NCBI GenBank assembly: GCA_038207085.1
Contig: JBBRAE010000001.1
Location: forward strand, 160,001 to 224,000
Direction: 5' to 3'
Source of the DNA: Armatimonadota bacterium
Lineage (GTDB): Bacteria > Armatimonadota > UBA5829 > DTLH01
Length of the DNA stretch: 64,000 bases
A model generated the notes under the pieces. The model searched no databases. It worked only from the letters and a program-made list of their open reading frames with translations, and was not told where the DNA came from. Made by a program: the position numbers and the translations under genes. Shown here piece after piece: positions 21,561 through 30,441 of this stretch (its first letter is position 1; each line of letters begins with the position of its first letter).

Positions 21561-22670
21561 ATGATAATTGGCGTTCCGAGAGAGATCAAACAGGGTGAGT
21601 ATCGCGTGTCGGTCGTCCCGGTGCTTGTCGAAGCCCTAGCCAAGGCGGGACACACCGTTCTCGTTCAAACCGACGCTGGTCGAGGCACGGGGATAAGCGA
21701 CGCCGAATATTCTGACGCAGGCGCGAAGATCGTCGCATCCACCGCAGATGCCTATTCTGCTGACCTCGTGGTCAAAGTTAAAGAACCCCAGCCAAACGAA
21801 TACCCCTTGATCCGGGAGGGGCAGATCGTCTTCACCTACTTCCACTTCGCCGCTAGCCGCGAGCTTACTCAGGCTATGATCGACTCCGGCGCTGTCTGTC
21901 TTGCCTATGAGACCATCGAGGATCTCGACGGGTCACTTCCTGCGCTTACGCCGATGAGTGAGGTCGCCGGGCGGATGGCGGTCCACGAAGGCGCTAAGTT
22001 CCTTGAGAGGCCGATGGAGGGCCGAGGGATTCTGCTCGGGGGGGTCCCTGGAGTGACACCGGCTACCGTAGTTGTCCTCGGTGGAGGTGTCGCGGGCGCC
22101 AACGCTGCTAAGATGGCCGCAGGGCTGGGCGCTAACGTCATTGTGCTCGACGTGAACCTCGACCGGCTCCGATATCTGGACGACGTTATGCCGCCAAACG
22201 TCACCACACTCTTTTCCAACAGCTATAATATCAAAAACGCGATCGCCAGTGCTGATCTTGTAATCGGCGCAGTGCTGCGGCACGGTGCGAAGACTCCTGT
22301 GCTTGTTACCCGGGAGATGCTGAAACTGATGAGGCCCCGGGCGGTGATAGTCGATATCGCTGTTGACCAGGGGGGAGCGTTTGAGACATCGAGGCCGACG
22401 ACGCACAGCCATCCCACCTTTATCGAAGAGGGAATAGTTCACTACTGCGTCGCCAATATGCCCGGAGCGGTCGCAGGGACCTCCACATACGCCCTGACCA
22501 ACGTAACCGGTCGCTACGTGCTCCAGATCGCTAACAAGGGGCTTGGGAGCGCCTTAACGGAGAATCCTGCGCTTCGACGCGGGCTCAACATCGCGGGCGG
22601 CAAGGTGGTCCACCCGGCTGTTGCCGAGCTCTTTGGTCATCCCCTCGCAAAGATGGACGACGTTCTGTGA
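21561..22670 (+). CDS. ald: Alanine dehydrogenase
   Basis: MIIGVPREIK..EYRV, KVKEP, FTYFHFA, PMSEVAGR, LLGGVPG, DIAVDQGG, HYCVANMPGAV. Confidence 0.97.
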   Translation: MIIGVPREIKQGEYRVSVVPVLVEALAKAGHTVLVQTDAGRGTGISDAEYSDAGAKIVASTADAYSADLVVKVKEPQPNEYPLIREGQIVFTYFHFAASRELTQAMIDSGAVCLAYETIEDLDGSLPALTPMSEVAGRMAVHEGAKFLERPMEGRGILLGGVPGVTPATVVVLGGGVAGANAAKMAAGLGANVIVLDVNLDRLRYLDDVMPPNVTTLFSNSYNIKNAIASADLVIGAVLRHGAKTPVLVTREMLKLMRPRAVIVDIAVDQGGAFETSRPTTHSHPTFIEEGIVHYCVANMPGAVAGTSTYALTNVTGRYVLQIANKGLGSALTENPALRRGLNIAGGKVVHPAVAELFGHPLAKMDDVL

Positions 22671-23992
22671 TCTACCGCGCGCGTTACGTTCTGACGATGG
22701 CCCAGGAGCCGATAGTCGACGGAGAAGTGCTCGTCCGGAACGGTCGAATAGAGGCTGTCGGCTGCAACTTGCAAAATGCGTTTCCCAACGAGCGCGTAAC
22801 TAACTTCGGCAACGCCGCGATTATCCCCGGCTTTGTCAACCTGCACACACACCTCGACTGGACTATCGCCCGCGGCTTGGTCGACGGTTTGACGTTCTTC
22901 CCGTGGGTTCGCAGGCTTACCGAACTCGGCTCGCGCCTGACATACGACGATTTTCTCGCCTCCGCTAGATTAGGTGCACTCGCGTTGGTCCGTTCCGGAG
23001 TGACGACTACAGCAGACTCGTCATATTCCGGCGCTTCGGTTAAGGCGCTTGTCGAAGCTGGACTTCGCGGGGTCGTGTTTCAGGAGACTTTCGGCTCTGA
23101 CCCATCAGGGGACTACCATAGTCGCAGTATAGAACTTCGAGAACAGATTTCGGCTCTACTAGAATTATCAGGAAAGCGAATAGGCATCGGAGTGTCACCG
23201 CACTCGGTCTACACTGCGAGTGAATCGGTTTTGCGACTCGTCGCCGAGCTTGCCCGGGACATGAGCCTGCCTGTCGCTGTCCATGTTTCCGAAACGCTCG
23301 AAGAGAATGAGTTTATCTCTACAGCAACAGGCCCTATTGCCGATTTCTATCACGGGTTGCGTTACGATATTCAGGCGAGAGGCAAGACACCCGTCGAATA
23401 TCTGCGCGAGGTGGGGTTGCTGGGGCCTGGGACTATAGCCGCCCACTGCGTGCATGTATCTGAAGGCGATATCGGCATTATATCAGAGAGTGGCACAACA
23501 GTCGCTCACTGTCCCAAGTCCAACGCTAAACTTGCGGTTGGCATCGCGCCGATCAGTGAGATCGCCCGCAGTGGAATACTGACAGGAATAGGCACTGACA
23601 GCGCCGCCAGCTGCGACTCACTCGATATGTTTGAGGAGATGAGGGCCGCAGTGCTCGCCCAACGCGCGCTCACGGGGGATATATCCTCAATGGACACTTT
23701 TAGGGCGCTTCAGCTTGCGACTATTGGTGGAGCCAACGCGCTTGGCCTGGATTCCGAGATCGGGACGATTGAGGTTGGCAAACGAGCAGATATGGTCGCC
23801 GTCGATTTTTCAGCATCTGATGGCTATTCCACTGCAGACCCCTGCTCCACTATTGTCTACTCTCTCTCTGCCTCAGACGTTGTCATGACTATGATTGAGG
23901 GCGTAGAGGTGTACCGAGACGGTATCTACACCTCAGTTGACGCTTCTGAGATACGCAAAGCCGCGTCGAATTCTTCAGCAAAGCTTATTTAA
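22667..23992 (+). CDS. Amidohydrolase, MTA/SAH deaminase-like
   Basis: PGFVNLHTH, PHSVYT, HVSET, AHCVH, HCPKSN, GTDS, GKRAD. Confidence 0.88.
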   Translation: MIYRARYVLTMAQEPIVDGEVLVRNGRIEAVGCNLQNAFPNERVTNFGNAAIIPGFVNLHTHLDWTIARGLVDGLTFFPWVRRLTELGSRLTYDDFLASARLGALALVRSGVTTTADSSYSGASVKALVEAGLRGVVFQETFGSDPSGDYHSRSIELREQISALLELSGKRIGIGVSPHSVYTASESVLRLVAELARDMSLPVAVHVSETLEENEFISTATGPIADFYHGLRYDIQARGKTPVEYLREVGLLGPGTIAAHCVHVSEGDIGIISESGTTVAHCPKSNAKLAVGIAPISEIARSGILTGIGTDSAASCDSLDMFEEMRAAVLAQRALTGDISSMDTFRALQLATIGGANALGLDSEIGTIEVGKRADMVAVDFSASDGYSTADPCSTIVYSLSASDVVMTMIEGVEVYRDGIYTSVDASEIRKAASNSSAKLI

Positions 23993-24089
23993 GTCCAACG
24001 GGTTGCCATAGCCCGACATTATCGGTAAAATATATGAGCCGGACAGTGCAGTCCTGGTCCAAAGCATCAAGTCTGGAGTATTTCTTTTA

Positions 24090-24686
24090 ATGGCAAATGA
24101 ACTGACGAATCTCTACACCGCCCTTAGTCTCGAAATGGCCGCAGTTGCGCGCTACGAGAGCCACCAGGAGCGCACGTCCGACCCCACAATACTTGCCCTG
24201 TTGCAGGGGCTTATGCGTAACGAAGATGGTCATCAGGAAGAGCTGACCGGACAGATCGAAAGGCTTGGTGGTGACCTCGCCGAAACAGCGAACTGCCCCG
24301 GCCCGGACCTACCCGGGCTCGTCTACGAAGGCGAGCAGGTATCAGGACAGAAGACCAACCTCGCGATGCTCCGCGCGGACTTCGCGTTTGAGAACGAGGC
24401 TACCAAGACCTACACCACCTTTGCAGGCCTGGTAGAGGATCCGAAAGTGAAATCGCTCTTCATGGAGCTTGCGCGGGCCGAACGTGGCCACGTGAACGGG
24501 CTGAACCAGCTTATCAAGGCAATGGAACAGGGACAGCACCCCGTCGCGTTTTTCTGCCCTGTATGCGGCTGGGCTGTTGACTTCGGCACAACGGGTGAAA
24601 CCGTTGACGAATCGCGCTGCAAGATGTGTGGAGCCTTGTTCGTGCTCGGCGTAGAAGACGGGGATTTCACCATCACCAGAAAGTAG
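24090..24686 (+). CDS. Ferritin/rubrerythrin-like diiron protein with C-terminal Cys4 metal site
   Basis: E..ExxH twice (EDGH, ERGH); CPVC...CKMC. Confidence 0.82.
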   Translation: MANELTNLYTALSLEMAAVARYESHQERTSDPTILALLQGLMRNEDGHQEELTGQIERLGGDLAETANCPGPDLPGLVYEGEQVSGQKTNLAMLRADFAFENEATKTYTTFAGLVEDPKVKSLFMELARAERGHVNGLNQLIKAMEQGQHPVAFFCPVCGWAVDFGTTGETVDESRCKMCGALFVLGVEDGDFTITRK

Positions 24687-24721
24687 TCGCAAATCTTGTT
24701 AATGAGGCGCTTGTCTGCTCG

Positions 24722-24750
24722 TTGACGGCAGGCGCCTTATCTGGTATAAT
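24722..24750 (+). promoter_or_regulatory. Sigma70 promoter of the tRNA pair
   Basis: TTGACG-17 nt-TATAAT. Confidence 0.8.
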
Positions 24751-24771
24751 CTTCGAGTCAATATTAATCAG

Positions 24772-24847
<76 letters not shown>

Positions 24848-24853
24848 GAGCGC

Positions 24854-24931
24854 GGCGGGTGTAGCTCAGTCGGTTAGAGCGCCAGGTTGTGGCCCTGGAG
24901 GCCGAGAGTTCAATTCTCTTCACTCGCCCCA
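24854..24931 (+). tRNA. tRNA-His (GTG)
   Basis: Anticodon arm CCAGG-TTGTGGC-CCTGG; G-1 and discriminator C; encoded CCA. Confidence 0.96.
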
Positions 24932-24936
24932 CACCC

Positions 24937-24968
24937 AAAACGGGTACGTATTTTGCGTGCCCGTTTTC
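24937..24968 (+). terminator. Terminator of the tRNA pair
   Basis: AAAACGGGTACGTA-TTT-TGCGTGCCCGTTTT. Confidence 0.7.
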
Positions 24969-25024
24969 TAATGTACCACTTCCAACCAAGGAATCAGCGG
25001 CACTGTTATGGAACAACTCATATT

Positions 25025-26776
25025 ATGAGGTTTTCCGCTGAGTCACTACAAGAGGCGTTTCGTCATCAGGGGTTGGTGCAGTCGTTTTCGGGGGTTCGAG
25101 CGCGTTTCGGGCAGGGCCCAGACGTGCCCGAGGATCTATACTCCCTTGCGCTTGCCTACAGCTACTGCTACGCGATAGAAGCGCTTGCCGGGCGAGACGA
25201 AGCCGAGCTAGTGATAGGTCGCGACCCACGCCCGACAGGGGCATCGCTCGCCGATGCGCTCGCTCGCGGATTCTACGCCGGAGCAACCTCAGTCGGCTGC
25301 CACGTCAAACTTGTAAACCTCGGTATCATCACCACGCCGTTGATCGAAACCGCTGCAAGAGCTCTCAAAAGCGCTGGTGGAGCCATGATCACTGCAAGCC
25401 ATAACCCGCTTACCGACAACGGCTTCAAGTTTATCACAGGATGCCCTTTCTACGGGCTTACTGACTCTGACGCGGCTCCTGCGGGGGCGCTGCTGTCGTC
25501 CAAACAGATGGGGGTAGTTGTTTCTGCTGTCGCGGAAACTGCCGCGAACCCCGCTGCACTGCTTCGCGCGGTGCGGGCGATAGACGAAACATCGTATAGA
25601 AAGACTGTTGGCTACGGAGAGGATCATGAGCGACGGGTGAAAGCTGAACGGGCCTATCTTGACTCAATGGGCCACGACTGGGGGATTCAGCCGCATTGTC
25701 TAAAACCACTCGTCCTCGGGCCAGCGCTTCTTGATCCCAACGGCGGAGCTGCGTGCGGAATCGGGGCGAGAGTCCTCGAACACTTCGGCGTTCGCGCGAT
25801 CGAGGTGAACGCCGAGATCGGTTATCCCGAGCACGGTATCGACACCGACAACATCGACCCCGCGAGCGGCAAGCACATGCTGATTCGCGTTGCCCGTGCA
25901 GCGCTTAGAAACTCCGCACGCTTTGGAATTGCGTTCGACTACGACGCCGACCGGGGCAATATGGTCCTACCAGGGCTCGATGAGTCTGCGATCATCCCTC
26001 CACAGACGGTTGCCGCTGCAAACATCGCCCTCGCACTTGCACATCACGAGATGGCGAAACAGAAGGGTAAACTGGCGGTTGTCATGTCAGATGCGACTTC
26101 CGGCGCAAGCGCCGAGGTAGCCGCTATGTTCGGCGCGAAGATCTCTATGGTTGAAACAGGGGAGATCAACGTTGTAACCCGTATGAGTCAGCTTCGAAGC
26201 GAAGGCTACGACGTGCCGATCGGTGTCGAGGGGGCAAACGGCGGAAGCATATTTGGCACTTCAACATGTAGAGATGGGCTTCAGACTGCGATCTGCGCCG
26301 CCCTTGGCGATGAGCAGCCGGAGCTTGCCGAGCGCTGGCTTCGCGTGTTCAATCACAAAAACCACCACAATCCGCCGTCGGGAACCAATCGACTCCCCGA
26401 AATCCTCGCGGCGATGCCGACATACTTCAACCGTGTGCTAAAGATCGACGGTATGCCGACTTCACACGCAGATGTAAAGTCCCGGATTGAGAAAACCTTT
26501 CACGACAGTATATGGACCGAACTCTCAGGGCAGTTCGAAAGCTACGAGTTTCACAACTATGAGGGTGTTGCGCACGTCGAGACCAGAAGTGGCGACGAAA
26601 GCGGAGGTTGGCGGTTGTGCCTGAAATCAGGCGAACAACAGTCATTCATATTCGCCCGCGGTTCGAGGACTGAGGCGGGGATTTGGCGAGTCATCGTTGA
26701 CAGCCCACAAAACGAAACCGGCCAGACACTCTTGCGCGTCGCACAGTCGCTAACAGATGCCGCACGAGACAGATAG
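25025..26776 (+). CDS. Alpha-D-phosphohexomutase family (phosphomannomutase/phosphoglucosamine mutase-like)
   Basis: IGRDPRPTG, TTP, ITASHNP, FDYDADR, TGEINV, RGSRTE; start trimmed because the longer ORF overlaps tRNA-His. Confidence 0.85.
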   Translation: MRFSAESLQEAFRHQGLVQSFSGVRARFGQGPDVPEDLYSLALAYSYCYAIEALAGRDEAELVIGRDPRPTGASLADALARGFYAGATSVGCHVKLVNLGIITTPLIETAARALKSAGGAMITASHNPLTDNGFKFITGCPFYGLTDSDAAPAGALLSSKQMGVVVSAVAETAANPAALLRAVRAIDETSYRKTVGYGEDHERRVKAERAYLDSMGHDWGIQPHCLKPLVLGPALLDPNGGAACGIGARVLEHFGVRAIEVNAEIGYPEHGIDTDNIDPASGKHMLIRVARAALRNSARFGIAFDYDADRGNMVLPGLDESAIIPPQTVAAANIALALAHHEMAKQKGKLAVVMSDATSGASAEVAAMFGAKISMVETGEINVVTRMSQLRSEGYDVPIGVEGANGGSIFGTSTCRDGLQTAICAALGDEQPELAERWLRVFNHKNHHNPPSGTNRLPEILAAMPTYFNRVLKIDGMPTSHADVKSRIEKTFHDSIWTELSGQFESYEFHNYEGVAHVETRSGDESGGWRLCLKSGEQQSFIFARGSRTEAGIWRVIVDSPQNETGQTLLRVAQSLTDAARDR

Positions 26777-26779
26777 CGA

Positions 26780-27517
26780 CTACTTCAGCGGCTTGGGTTC
26801 GACCATCTTCACCAGGACGATTGAGATCAAGTAAAGCCCCGCGAGCGGAATCGCCATCGCAAGCATTGAGATCGCGTCACTTGAAGGCGTCGCAACTGCC
26901 GCTAGCACGGCGATAGCTACCATCGCGTGTCTCCACCCCATCCGCAGCATCTTGGCATCAACCACTCCAAGCTTTCCAAGGAATATCAAAACGATTGGCA
27001 TCTCAAAGACAATACCGAACCCAAGAAGCATCTTGACGATGAACACGAGGTTTTCCGCGACTGCCGGTCTTAGTTCAGTGTTTTGTGCGGGCAAGTAGCC
27101 GACGAAGAACTTCATAGCCTGCGGAAGTATCAGATATCCGATGGTGACGCCAAGCACGAATAGAAACACGCATAGAGGTGCAACCCACCGGACGGGACGC
27201 TTTTCGTCGGGTGTGAGCGCAGGAGAGACGAACCCCCAGATCTGCATGGTGATCAGAGGCGCACTAATGATCGCACCGGCAATGACCGACACCTGGCACT
27301 TCAGGATAAAGGCCTCAGTGAGACGCGTCATCATCATCTGGTACACGAGATGTCGTTCGCGCATAGCAGACTCAATCGGCGCGGTCAGGGCGTTATATAT
27401 CCAGGGATAGAGCACCCAGGCAATAGCCGTGCCGATGGCCAGGAAAACGATCGAACGAATCAGTCGTGTTCGCAGTTCCTGCAGGTGCTCAGCAAGTTCA
27501 GCGTCTCTATCAATCAC
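26780..27517 (-). CDS. tatC: Twin-arginine translocase subunit TatC
   Basis: EHLQELRTRL, QIWGFVSPALTPDE, FGIVFEMP, TPSSD; six TM segments. Confidence 0.95.
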   Translation of the reverse strand: MIDRDAELAEHLQELRTRLIRSIVFLAIGTAIAWVLYPWIYNALTAPIESAMRERHLVYQMMMTRLTEAFILKCQVSVIAGAIISAPLITMQIWGFVSPALTPDEKRPVRWVAPLCVFLFVLGVTIGYLILPQAMKFFVGYLPAQNTELRPAVAENLVFIVKMLLGFGIVFEMPIVLIFLGKLGVVDAKMLRMGWRHAMVAIAVLAAVATPSSDAISMLAMAIPLAGLYLISIVLVKMVEPKPLK

Positions 27518-27528
27518 TCTTGGTGCTA

Positions 27529-28827
27529 CTACTTCCTGATGAGTTCCTGCACAACGGTCAGCCTAACCTTAACCGGAGTTCCCCCGGCTCCTGCGGACCC
27601 ATCTGAGCTGTCCTGACTGTAGGTGGCGGCGGGCGCGGAACTGCCAGCCGCTGCACTGGAATCAGCAACAGCCGCTGGCACAGTGGACTGCAGCTTGGTG
27701 ATAACGTCACTACCAACGTTGGTTGAGAACTCGATAACAATGATCTGTTTGATCAGCTTCTTAACTTTGTAGGCGTAGAAAGAAGTGCCGGAAGCCTTCA
27801 CTGGCACTGACCCAGGGGCAAAGCCAGGGAATGACATATTCCCGTTCCAGTTGGAGGCGATCTTAACGCACTCAATCCCGGACTCCCACTCAAGAGAATC
27901 GAAGTAGCTCTGGCCTGTGAGATCAGTGGGGCTCGATATTCCTTCAAGCATGACGTGGAAAACGGTAGGCCAGGTCGCACCCTTCTTCACGGGTGAGCCG
28001 GGAAGCGCAAGCAGGCAATCAGAGACGTCGCCAACGGTCCTTGTCGTAAAGACATTAGCCTCAAGAACCTTGCCTGTAGCGTCCAGAATCCTGTAGATCG
28101 AGCGGAAGCGCTGTGTCTGTCCGAGCATTGATACCGTGCCGAGAACCTGAGAATAAGGCAGGCGGTTCTTGTCCACTTTGTAGCGAATGAGCGCGGTACC
28201 GTCTCGGCGAGAGTCTTCGACCGATTGTCCGACGACAAACTCACCCATAATGGGTGGTTGTCCACCACTAAGACTAAAGCCATATTTGTCAAACACCTCA
28301 GCCGTGGTCGTATACTTGAAATCGCTGACCTGACCGAGTATGTATTTGTAACTAAGGTTAATCGGCGGCGCGGGGTTCGCCTGATCTATCTGGTTTTTCA
28401 GGTTTACATTGACTTTTGAGCTGCCGACGATAGTATCCCTGCCGCCAGTGCTGTGGGTCTCGACGGTGATTTCATACTTGCCGTCGTTGTAGCTTGTAGC
28501 CTCGCCCCGACCAGTCACACGGGTAGACTTGGTATCCCAGAGGTAAACTATCTCAGACTTCGGGGAATCTTCATCAGAACCGCTGCCCGAGATGCCGATC
28601 GCGGAGCAGAACTGTCCGTTGATCTTGATCGCAATGAAGCCGCTTGCGCTTACATCGCTTGAGAGTGAAGAACGGGGAATAATAATCGGCACCTTGCCCC
28701 GGACCGACTGGCCCTCCGTTGGAGAACTGATAGTCAGGCTCCAAGCTGGAACGCAGGCAGCCGTAAACAAAGCGGCGCACGCAGCCATCGCCGCAACAAA
28801 GGAACGCGTGAAGTAATCTAGACGCAT
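27529..28827 (-). CDS. Exported hypothetical protein with N-terminal Ig-like domain
   Basis: Signal peptide ending VPAWS; ISSPTEGQSVRG..YLWDT..NDGKYEITV. Confidence 0.75.
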   Translation of the reverse strand: MRLDYFTRSFVAAMAACAALFTAACVPAWSLTISSPTEGQSVRGKVPIIIPRSSLSSDVSASGFIAIKINGQFCSAIGISGSGSDEDSPKSEIVYLWDTKSTRVTGRGEATSYNDGKYEITVETHSTGGRDTIVGSSKVNVNLKNQIDQANPAPPINLSYKYILGQVSDFKYTTTAEVFDKYGFSLSGGQPPIMGEFVVGQSVEDSRRDGTALIRYKVDKNRLPYSQVLGTVSMLGQTQRFRSIYRILDATGKVLEANVFTTRTVGDVSDCLLALPGSPVKKGATWPTVFHVMLEGISSPTDLTGQSYFDSLEWESGIECVKIASNWNGNMSFPGFAPGSVPVKASGTSFYAYKVKKLIKQIIVIEFSTNVGSDVITKLQSTVPAAVADSSAAAGSSAPAATYSQDSSDGSAGAGGTPVKVRLTVVQELIRK

Positions 28828-28902
28828 AGAGATCCTCTCTGACACCAAGTGAGCCGCCTGCACGGCCCTCAGGTAAATGCTACCACAGCAGAGCTATCGA
28901 GG

Positions 28903-29322
28903 TCAATTGCTGGGTTGGATATGACATACATCATTGACTGTTTCTATCACGACTCTGTTCCCGTGAAATACAAGAGAGTTTACCGCGCAGTGCTCCTGAC
29001 GTATTATATGCACGCTGTCTTTGGGAATACCAAGCCAGTTCGCGATGAATATCTGAGTCGTCTTCTCATCAGCAACAAGCACAATAGTCCCGCATTGAAG
29101 ACTCCCCACAAGCTCGGTTAGCCCCAAACACGTTGGATCACCGACGGTTTGAACAGGTAAGCCCATCAGACTTGCAACACGCCCTGCGAGAGTTAATGCG
29201 GCCTCGGTAGCGACAGTGTATACCCCGGATATTGTATAAGTCTCCAGCAGCGAGGCCACCATCTTTTCTTTTTCAGGTTCATTCACGCCCAGCGCCGAAA
29301 CGAGCAGCACTTTTATGCTCAT
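28903..29322 (-). CDS. Degenerate histidine-phosphatase (PGM)-fold protein
   Basis: C-terminus IRQEHCAVNSL..VIETVNDVCHI typical of the family; no RHG motif. Confidence 0.55.
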   Translation of the reverse strand: MSIKVLLVSALGVNEPEKEKMVASLLETYTISGVYTVATEAALTLAGRVASLMGLPVQTVGDPTCLGLTELVGSLQCGTIVLVADEKTTQIFIANWLGIPKDSVHIIRQEHCAVNSLVFHGNRVVIETVNDVCHIQPSN

Positions 29323-29372
29323 CCCCTGTCCCGAGGCACTCCAGAAAGTCGCGGTTGTAGGCTTCGGCAATG

Positions 29373-30239
29373 CTATTTCCCCTCCCCTTTCGGCTGCGCG
29401 AGATCGGGGTTGATGGATCGGAGCATCTGCTGGAACGCCCTCTTGCTCTCTGCTGCAGGTTTGCCGGAGGTGTCTATCAAGTTCGCCATCCAGATCTTTT
29501 TGCCTTCGAGAATAATGCACCGATGCACCACGCGCTTTGACGACTCAGCTCCGGCTGTCGTAAAGAACGCAGGTCGGCCACTGACGTCTATCCTCTGCCA
29601 CGGCTGCACGTATGTCGCATATTTTGCAAACGACTCCTGAGTCTGATCGACCTCGGAGACTCTGTACCTCAGGTTGAAAACGAGGGAGGCCTTCGCAACG
29701 GGATCGGTCGAAAACACGAGCCAGTAGCCGTCTTTGAAGTCCTTTTCGAGGTTCTTAGACTGATCCTTGGCAGTCCAACTGGACGGAATCTCCATATCAA
29801 GGTCAAGCTGGTGGTTGGAATAGGGCACAAGCGACTTCGACTGCCCGGGCTCAGTAGTCGCGGGAGTCTCTGCGGGTTTGCCGGTGAGAAGTGTCATCGA
29901 GCCGCGTCCGGTTTCTTTACCGTCTGAGTCAATCGCCTTCCACGCGACTATGTGTTCCGCAATCGGAAGCGACTGCGAGTCCCAGGCAAGGGAATACGGC
30001 CGCTCCTTCACATCACCCACAGGCTTATCGTCGACAGTGAACGCGACTTTCGCGACGGGTTCGCCTGAGTACGCGGCGATGAGCTTCAGTTTGCCGGTGA
30101 TGGTGAGCTTCACCGAAGACGCGCCAGGAACAATAACCACACTGCGGACTCTTGGAGTTGTTACCGCGGTGTCGGCCATAAGACATCGTGGAACAATCGA
30201 GACAACCGCAGCAATTGCGAGTAGATGCTTGAGTGACAT
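29373..30239 (-). CDS. Exported protein, Ig-like domain plus PsbP-like domain
   Basis: Signal peptide; VAKVAFTVDDK..PYSLAWD..AIDSDG; then IPSSW..VSGRPA..FQQMLRSI. Confidence 0.7.
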   Translation of the reverse strand: MSLKHLLAIAAVVSIVPRCLMADTAVTTPRVRSVVIVPGASSVKLTITGKLKLIAAYSGEPVAKVAFTVDDKPVGDVKERPYSLAWDSQSLPIAEHIVAWKAIDSDGKETGRGSMTLLTGKPAETPATTEPGQSKSLVPYSNHQLDLDMEIPSSWTAKDQSKNLEKDFKDGYWLVFSTDPVAKASLVFNLRYRVSEVDQTQESFAKYATYVQPWQRIDVSGRPAFFTTAGAESSKRVVHRCIILEGKKIWMANLIDTSGKPAAESKRAFQQMLRSINPDLAQPKGEGK

Positions 30240-30294
30240 GAGAGTTCCCTCCATTGGGAGTTACTGAGCAATAATTATATCAGACGATACGCAA

Positions 30295-30323
30295 TTGACA
30301 CCATAGCCCAGTGCTGGTACACT
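30295..30323 (+). promoter_or_regulatory. Sigma70 promoter of tRNA-Leu
   Basis: TTGACA-17 nt-TACACT. Confidence 0.75.
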
Positions 30324-30334
30324 TTAGTGGTCGT

Positions 30335-30418
<84 letters not shown>

Positions 30419-30441
30419 CGTTTTGGAGGCCAGGGTTAGTT

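Noticed and set aside
24887..25024. N-terminal extensions of ORFs 24887..26776 and 30349..33237
   Set aside because: They overlap tRNA genes; downstream starts at 25025 and 30442 fit better.
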